A stretch of DNA of 27,749 nucleotides, taken from IMG/VR virus record IMGVR_UViG_3300022561_001209. One strand, written 5' to 3'. Shown here one piece after another: positions 24,225 to 27,749 of this stretch. This DNA comes from a virus. Taxonomy: Duplodnaviria; Heunggongvirae; Uroviricota; Caudoviricetes. Positions within the stretch are counted from its first letter, which is position 1; each line of letters begins with the position of its first letter. The notes under the pieces are model-generated. The model was not told where the DNA came from and searched no databases. It saw nothing but the letters and a program-made list of their open reading frames with translations. A program made the translations under genes and the position numbers.

Positions 24225-24914
24225 CTAAATCTTAATTATTTTCCCATACATTAATGTATGTTTTTCGTCACTGTATTCAACATCATCATGAAAATGCCCA
24301 AAGTACCAATGTTTATATTTTAATTTCCTATATAATAAATTAAAAAATCTGTTTAACTGACTTTCTTCTTTTATATAACACATTTTTTCCATAATAAATC
24401 CGGATGTTGTATGTGTTATTACATAGTCTACTTCCCAATCATTTATCTCTAAGTTTACAAACGCTTCACTAAACTCTTCTTCTGAAGGTATCTCCTGTTT
24501 CCACCAACTCTTACCTTCGGTTCTTGTATCTTTATCTACTGAAGTTCCCCCACCCATTGTGAAAAACTTCAACCCATCTATCATAAATACTTGTCCTCTC
24601 ATTAAATGTATTACTGAATCTCTGATAAAATGTACTTTTCCACCATTCCATTCTTTAACTTCATATTCTTCTAATAAGTCAAAGTTTTCATGGTTTCCAT
24701 CAACAAATAATGTTGTAAAATTCTTTTTATCTAACCAATCAATCCAGTACTTGTCTTCATCACTATTTCTACTCCATACTCCACCGAAATCCCCACAAAT
24801 AATTAAAAAGTCTCTTTTACTTAATCTTGACTGAAATGGAAAATTCTTTGTATTTAATTTTCTTATATCATGTGGAATATGTGTGTCCCCTGTCACAAAA
24901 ATCATTTTCTTCAC
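24225..24914 (-). CDS. Calcineurin-like metallophosphoesterase (paralog)
   Basis: VTGDTH, CGDFG, DGNHE, THT and GHFH motifs. Confidence 0.92.
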   Translation of the reverse strand: MKKMIFVTGDTHIPHDIRKLNTKNFPFQSRLSKRDFLIICGDFGGVWSRNSDEDKYWIDWLDKKNFTTLFVDGNHENFDLLEEYEVKEWNGGKVHFIRDSVIHLMRGQVFMIDGLKFFTMGGGTSVDKDTRTEGKSWWKQEIPSEEEFSEAFVNLEINDWEVDYVITHTTSGFIMEKMCYIKEESQLNRFFNLLYRKLKYKHWYFGHFHDDVEYSDEKHTLMYGKIIKI

Positions 24915-24928
24915 CTCTTTAAAACAAA

Positions 24929-24950
24929 GGCTATAATATTTATTATAGCC
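24929..24950 (-). terminator. Probable intrinsic terminator
   Basis: GGCTATAAT/ATTATAGCC stem with a 4-nt loop, followed by T-rich sequence on the minus strand. Confidence 0.6.
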
Positions 24951-25048
24951 TTTAATTTACCTATCTATTCATCAACATTAATTTTATCAATTACCATAAT
25001 TTCTTGAATTGTTTGTTCTTGAATATCTTGTCAAATATCTTGATTAAT

Positions 25049-25636
25049 CTATCTTCCGTAAATGAATATTTTTTCTACTGTATTATCGTTACAAAATGAA
25101 TGTTCCTTAGGAATTATGAAAGCCACCAAATTATCATTAGAATTTTTAACTTTTTCTCCTCTAACGTTTTTAATATTTCTATCTTTCAATGCCTCTAAGT
25201 AATCCTCTTTATCTATTCTTACTATCATTGATTTAATGTTATTCGTAAATACTTTAGCATCGAATCTGTGTTTCTGAACCATGTTTGATACTAATGTATT
25301 TGCTGTCTTACTTCCAGACACTAAATCTGTTTTTACATAATTTCCAGATAATCTTCCAGGAGTTTGTACAATTAATTCAACTATGTCATCTTTCTCTTGT
25401 AATAACATAGTAGGTCCAAATGTTATTCTACCATTTAAGAAATGTTCGAATAATCTACTTTCTTCGTTTTTTATAGTGTATTTGTTTTTATCATAATAAG
25501 CCATAAAATCAAATATGCCTACCATAAAATCTTTCTTTGACAAAAAAGGGTCTATAAACTCTCTATATCTTTTCATTTCCCATCTTATAAACTTTTCAAG
25601 TCCTATTTCTTTTCCCAAAGCTGTAATTTTTATCAT
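25049..25636 (-). CDS. Hypothetical protein, C-terminus possibly frameshifted
   Basis: 195-aa ORF; removing one A from the A6 run at 25069-25074 would extend it to TAA 24993-24991. Confidence 0.7.
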   Translation of the reverse strand: MIKITALGKEIGLEKFIRWEMKRYREFIDPFLSKKDFMVGIFDFMAYYDKNKYTIKNEESRLFEHFLNGRITFGPTMLLQEKDDIVELIVQTPGRLSGNYVKTDLVSGSKTANTLVSNMVQKHRFDAKVFTNNIKSMIVRIDKEDYLEALKDRNIKNVRGEKVKNSNDNLVAFIIPKEHSFCNDNTVEKIFIYGR

Positions 25637-25657
25637 TTCCCTAACCCCTTAGTTTTT

Positions 25658-26065
25658 CTAGAAAACAAATATTGTTTCCAGTATGACACCTATCTCTTTA
25701 TTTTTATCTTCATTCATTATTCGTATATTATCTATACCTTTAACTATGAATGTTTCATAGTCTACATTTATTCTGTTCTTTATAAAATAATTTCCTATGA
25801 ATTTTTCATTATTTCTAATAAATTCCTCTATTTCAGGAAGTATCTCCCTATTACTTATGTATAACTCTATGTCGTTATCTAATATCAATTCTCCTAGATA
25901 GGATGTTATTGCACTATACCCACCACCGAAAACTGGAATTGCACTCCAGTTTCCGAATGATATCATCATACCATCTAAACCATCTTCTTTAATTTCTTTC
26001 AAATTGAATTTAGGTACCATAGAACCTTTTTCTTCACTCACGCCCATAAAACAGTATTTACTCAT
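25658..26065 (-). CDS. Hypothetical protein
   Basis: 135-aa ORF with ACGGAGG RBS. Confidence 0.7.
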   Translation of the reverse strand: MSKYCFMGVSEEKGSMVPKFNLKEIKEDGLDGMMISFGNWSAIPVFGGGYSAITSYLGELILDNDIELYISNREILPEIEEFIRNNEKFIGNYFIKNRINVDYETFIVKGIDNIRIMNEDKNKEIGVILETIFVF

Positions 26066-26090
26066 TTGTCCCTCCGTAAATTACCTTAAT

Positions 26091-26648
26091 TTATTTAATG
26101 TTCTTAACTATGAATTCTTCCAACAATGCTAAGTCCATTAAACCTGCTTCACCTGCTTTTAGTTCTCCTTCTATATAAAATTCAGTAGTAGGTGTTCCTT
26201 CGTATTTTAAACTGTTAAAATATTCTTTTCCCTCAGGATATGCTGCACTAACCTCCATATAGTACATTTTATATGTAGGACTATTGTTTATATACTGAAA
26301 TACTACAGGCTTGTATAATTGACATGCCTCACATAATTTACTTGTCCAAACAATTAAGAAAGATTCATCGTTTTCTTTCTTTTGTTCATATTCTTTCAAT
26401 GTGATAAATTCATACATCTTTAATCTTTCAGGTCTTTCATCAACCAATTTTTGTAACTGGTCATCTACTGAAATATCTCCGTCAACTTCTATTGTTCCAT
26501 CAGGTTTTTCTTCTTTTACTTCAGAAACTGGAGATAATTTACTTTCTACATTTCCTACATTTGCTTCTATTGCATCTTGTTCTTCACAACCTGTCATCAT
26601 AAGTAACATAATTGCCATCATCATCAGTATAATTATTTTATTTTTCAA
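26091..26648 (-). CDS. Lipoprotein with thioredoxin fold (CEAC)
   Basis: TTG start; signal peptide with lipobox MTGC; FLIVWTSKLCEAC, GTPT cis-Pro loop, GEL. Confidence 0.85.
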   Translation of the reverse strand: MKNKIIILMMMAIMLLMMTGCEEQDAIEANVGNVESKLSPVSEVKEEKPDGTIEVDGDISVDDQLQKLVDERPERLKMYEFITLKEYEQKKENDESFLIVWTSKLCEACQLYKPVVFQYINNSPTYKMYYMEVSAAYPEGKEYFNSLKYEGTPTTEFYIEGELKAGEAGLMDLALLEEFIVKNIK

Positions 26649-26979
26649 TTTGTTTTTCTCCGTTTTCCCTGGTCTTAATTTTATTTTCTGTCTTTACTTC
26701 CACATTTAAGCAATCTAACTCAATTAATTTAGTTAGATATTTATCAATGTTATTTTCACTTAATTTAGTTTTTTCTTTTAGTTTTTCAACATTTATTTCC
26801 TTATCTTCATTATCTAAATTGTAAAATAATTCTCTTAGTATTATTTCCATATTTTTAAATTGATATGAAGATACTTTGTTTTTAATATCATTATTGAACT
26901 TTATGTTATTTATTGATTCGACTTTTAACAATTCAAAGTCTATTCTTTTATAGTCCATATCTAAAGCTGTCTCTCCCAT
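26638..26979 (-). CDS. Putative winged helix-turn-helix protein
   Basis: INVEKLKEKTKLSENNIDKYLTKLIELDCL resembles a wHTH recognition helix pair. Confidence 0.5.
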   Translation of the reverse strand: MGETALDMDYKRIDFELLKVESINNIKFNNDIKNKVSSYQFKNMEIILRELFYNLDNEDKEINVEKLKEKTKLSENNIDKYLTKLIELDCLNVEVKTENKIKTRENGEKQIEK

Positions 26980-26999
26980 ATTCCTTCACCCTCTACTTT

Positions 27000-27188
27000 T
27001 TACTTTTTCTTTCTTAATTTTAGTTGTCTTTTACATTTCTTACAAGTAATTTCACTTTCTTCTATCTCTTTATCAAATTTCATAGTGAATGTTTTTCTAG
27101 TCCCACATAATGTTTTTATTCCTTCGAACGCATGAATGTTTTTATCTTGTGTTTTGCATTTTGTAAATTCTTTTTCTTTTACTCCCAT
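27000..27188 (-). CDS. Small putative Zn-binding protein
   Basis: H...LCG...TCKKC; basic C-terminus. Confidence 0.6.
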   Translation of the reverse strand: MGVKEKEFTKCKTQDKNIHAFEGIKTLCGTRKTFTMKFDKEIEESEITCKKCKRQLKLRKKK

Positions 27189-27193
27189 TTCTT

Positions 27194-27667
27194 CTATGAC
27201 CTCTTTAATTCCATAAATTGTATTATTACTGTCGTATTTCCTTGTAATCTCATTATGTTTGTGATTGTTATTGGCATCTTACCTAAAAAGTAATCTCCCT
27301 TTTTTACCTTTACATTACTCATTCCTATAGTTAATCTGTCTATTTCTATATATTCATCAACTTCTTCTACTAGCTCTGTTTTTATTTCTCCGTCTTTTAT
27401 AATTGCCTTTACTCCGTATCCTATATCTCTTGAACCTAGCTCTGCAATTTCCTGTGCCGGTAACATTAACCATAATCCTGTGTCTTCGAACTCTACTAAT
27501 TCCCCGTAAAATTCTGTTACTTTCTTTTTTTTGTATTTTTCTGTTACTCTTCTTATTTTTACCATTGGTTTAATATCCCAATCAACCCTATCTGTAAATG
27601 TAAATGGTAAATCCCCTATACTTATCCTTCTCATAGTTCTCCCCTTATAAATATTTAGTTTTATCAT
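27194..27667 (-). CDS. Hypothetical protein
   Basis: 157-aa ORF; alternative start at ATG 27634 behind AAGGGGAG. Confidence 0.65.
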   Translation of the reverse strand: MIKLNIYKGRTMRRISIGDLPFTFTDRVDWDIKPMVKIRRVTEKYKKKKVTEFYGELVEFEDTGLWLMLPAQEIAELGSRDIGYGVKAIIKDGEIKTELVEEVDEYIEIDRLTIGMSNVKVKKGDYFLGKMPITITNIMRLQGNTTVIIQFMELKRS

Positions 27668-27678
27668 GTTTTCCTCTC

Positions 27679-27749
27679 TTATAAATATTTTACAACTGAT
27701 ATAAATATATAACCTTTTTCTCCAACTTCTCCATATAATCCATCCACTG
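27679..27749 (-). CDS. 3' end of a CDS running off the window
   Basis: Open frame VDGLYGEVGEKGYIFISVVKYL to TAA 27681-27679, followed by the GAGG RBS of the next gene. Confidence 0.5.
   Translation of the reverse strand, partial: VDGLYGEVGEKGYIFISVVKYL

Larger units (their letters stand above)
1..27749 (-). mobile_element. Segment of a large phage/prophage genome (early/accessory and nucleotide-metabolism region), probable low-GC Firmicute host
   Basis: About 60 co-oriented, tightly packed, mostly small hypothetical ORFs with GGAGG-type RBS. Phage-typical cargo: tdk, nrdD/nrdG, thg1, metallophosphoesterases, DUF6011, LPD11. No host housekeeping operons. Lytic versus prophage state cannot be determined from this window. 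Confidence 0.85.

Noticed and set aside
143-26709. All plus-strand ORFs in the track (e.g. 143..370, 2018..2392, 6786..7121, 12766..13083, 21827..22417, 26401..26709)
   Set aside because: They are antisense shadows of minus-strand genes: Ser/Leu/Phe/Ile-rich, with no RBS and no motifs.
1-27749. Genome-wide stop-codon reassignment (code 15 or code 4/25)
   Set aside because: Conserved enzymes are uninterrupted and end at expected lengths with TAG or TAA directly before the next RBS. Internal stops are of all three types and are mixed with frameshifts. Only partial or conditional read-through remains open.

Overview
This is a strongly AT-rich window in which essentially all credible genes lie on the minus strand, densely packed and mostly short and acidic. 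It reads as the early/accessory and nucleotide-metabolism region of a large (probably jumbo) phage or prophage of a low-GC Firmicute (Clostridia-like RBS and sigmaA promoters); no structural genes, integrase, tRNA or CRISPR array are visible. Recognisable genes are thg1, tdk, nrdG, nrdD (no ATP-cone), two tandem calcineurin-like phosphoesterases, a lipoprotein thioredoxin, a secreted transglutaminase-like protein, and LPD11 and DUF6011 proteins. Also present are a HicA-domain fusion, an active-plus-degenerate nucleotidyltransferase pair, and an IscB/omega-RNA element. Not shown in the ORF track: (i) several accessory genes are broken by in-frame TAA/TAG/TGA codons, 1-bp homopolymer frameshifts or an ACG start, while the long enzyme genes are intact; (ii) the IscB element is bracketed by a perfect 21-bp inverted repeat; (iii) a ~48-bp phage-specific promoter-like motif occurs four times, alongside four sigmaA promoters; (iv) a sigmaA promoter drives a ~180-nt non-coding rod-like RNA candidate. 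Family assignments come from motif recognition by eye, not from database searches.
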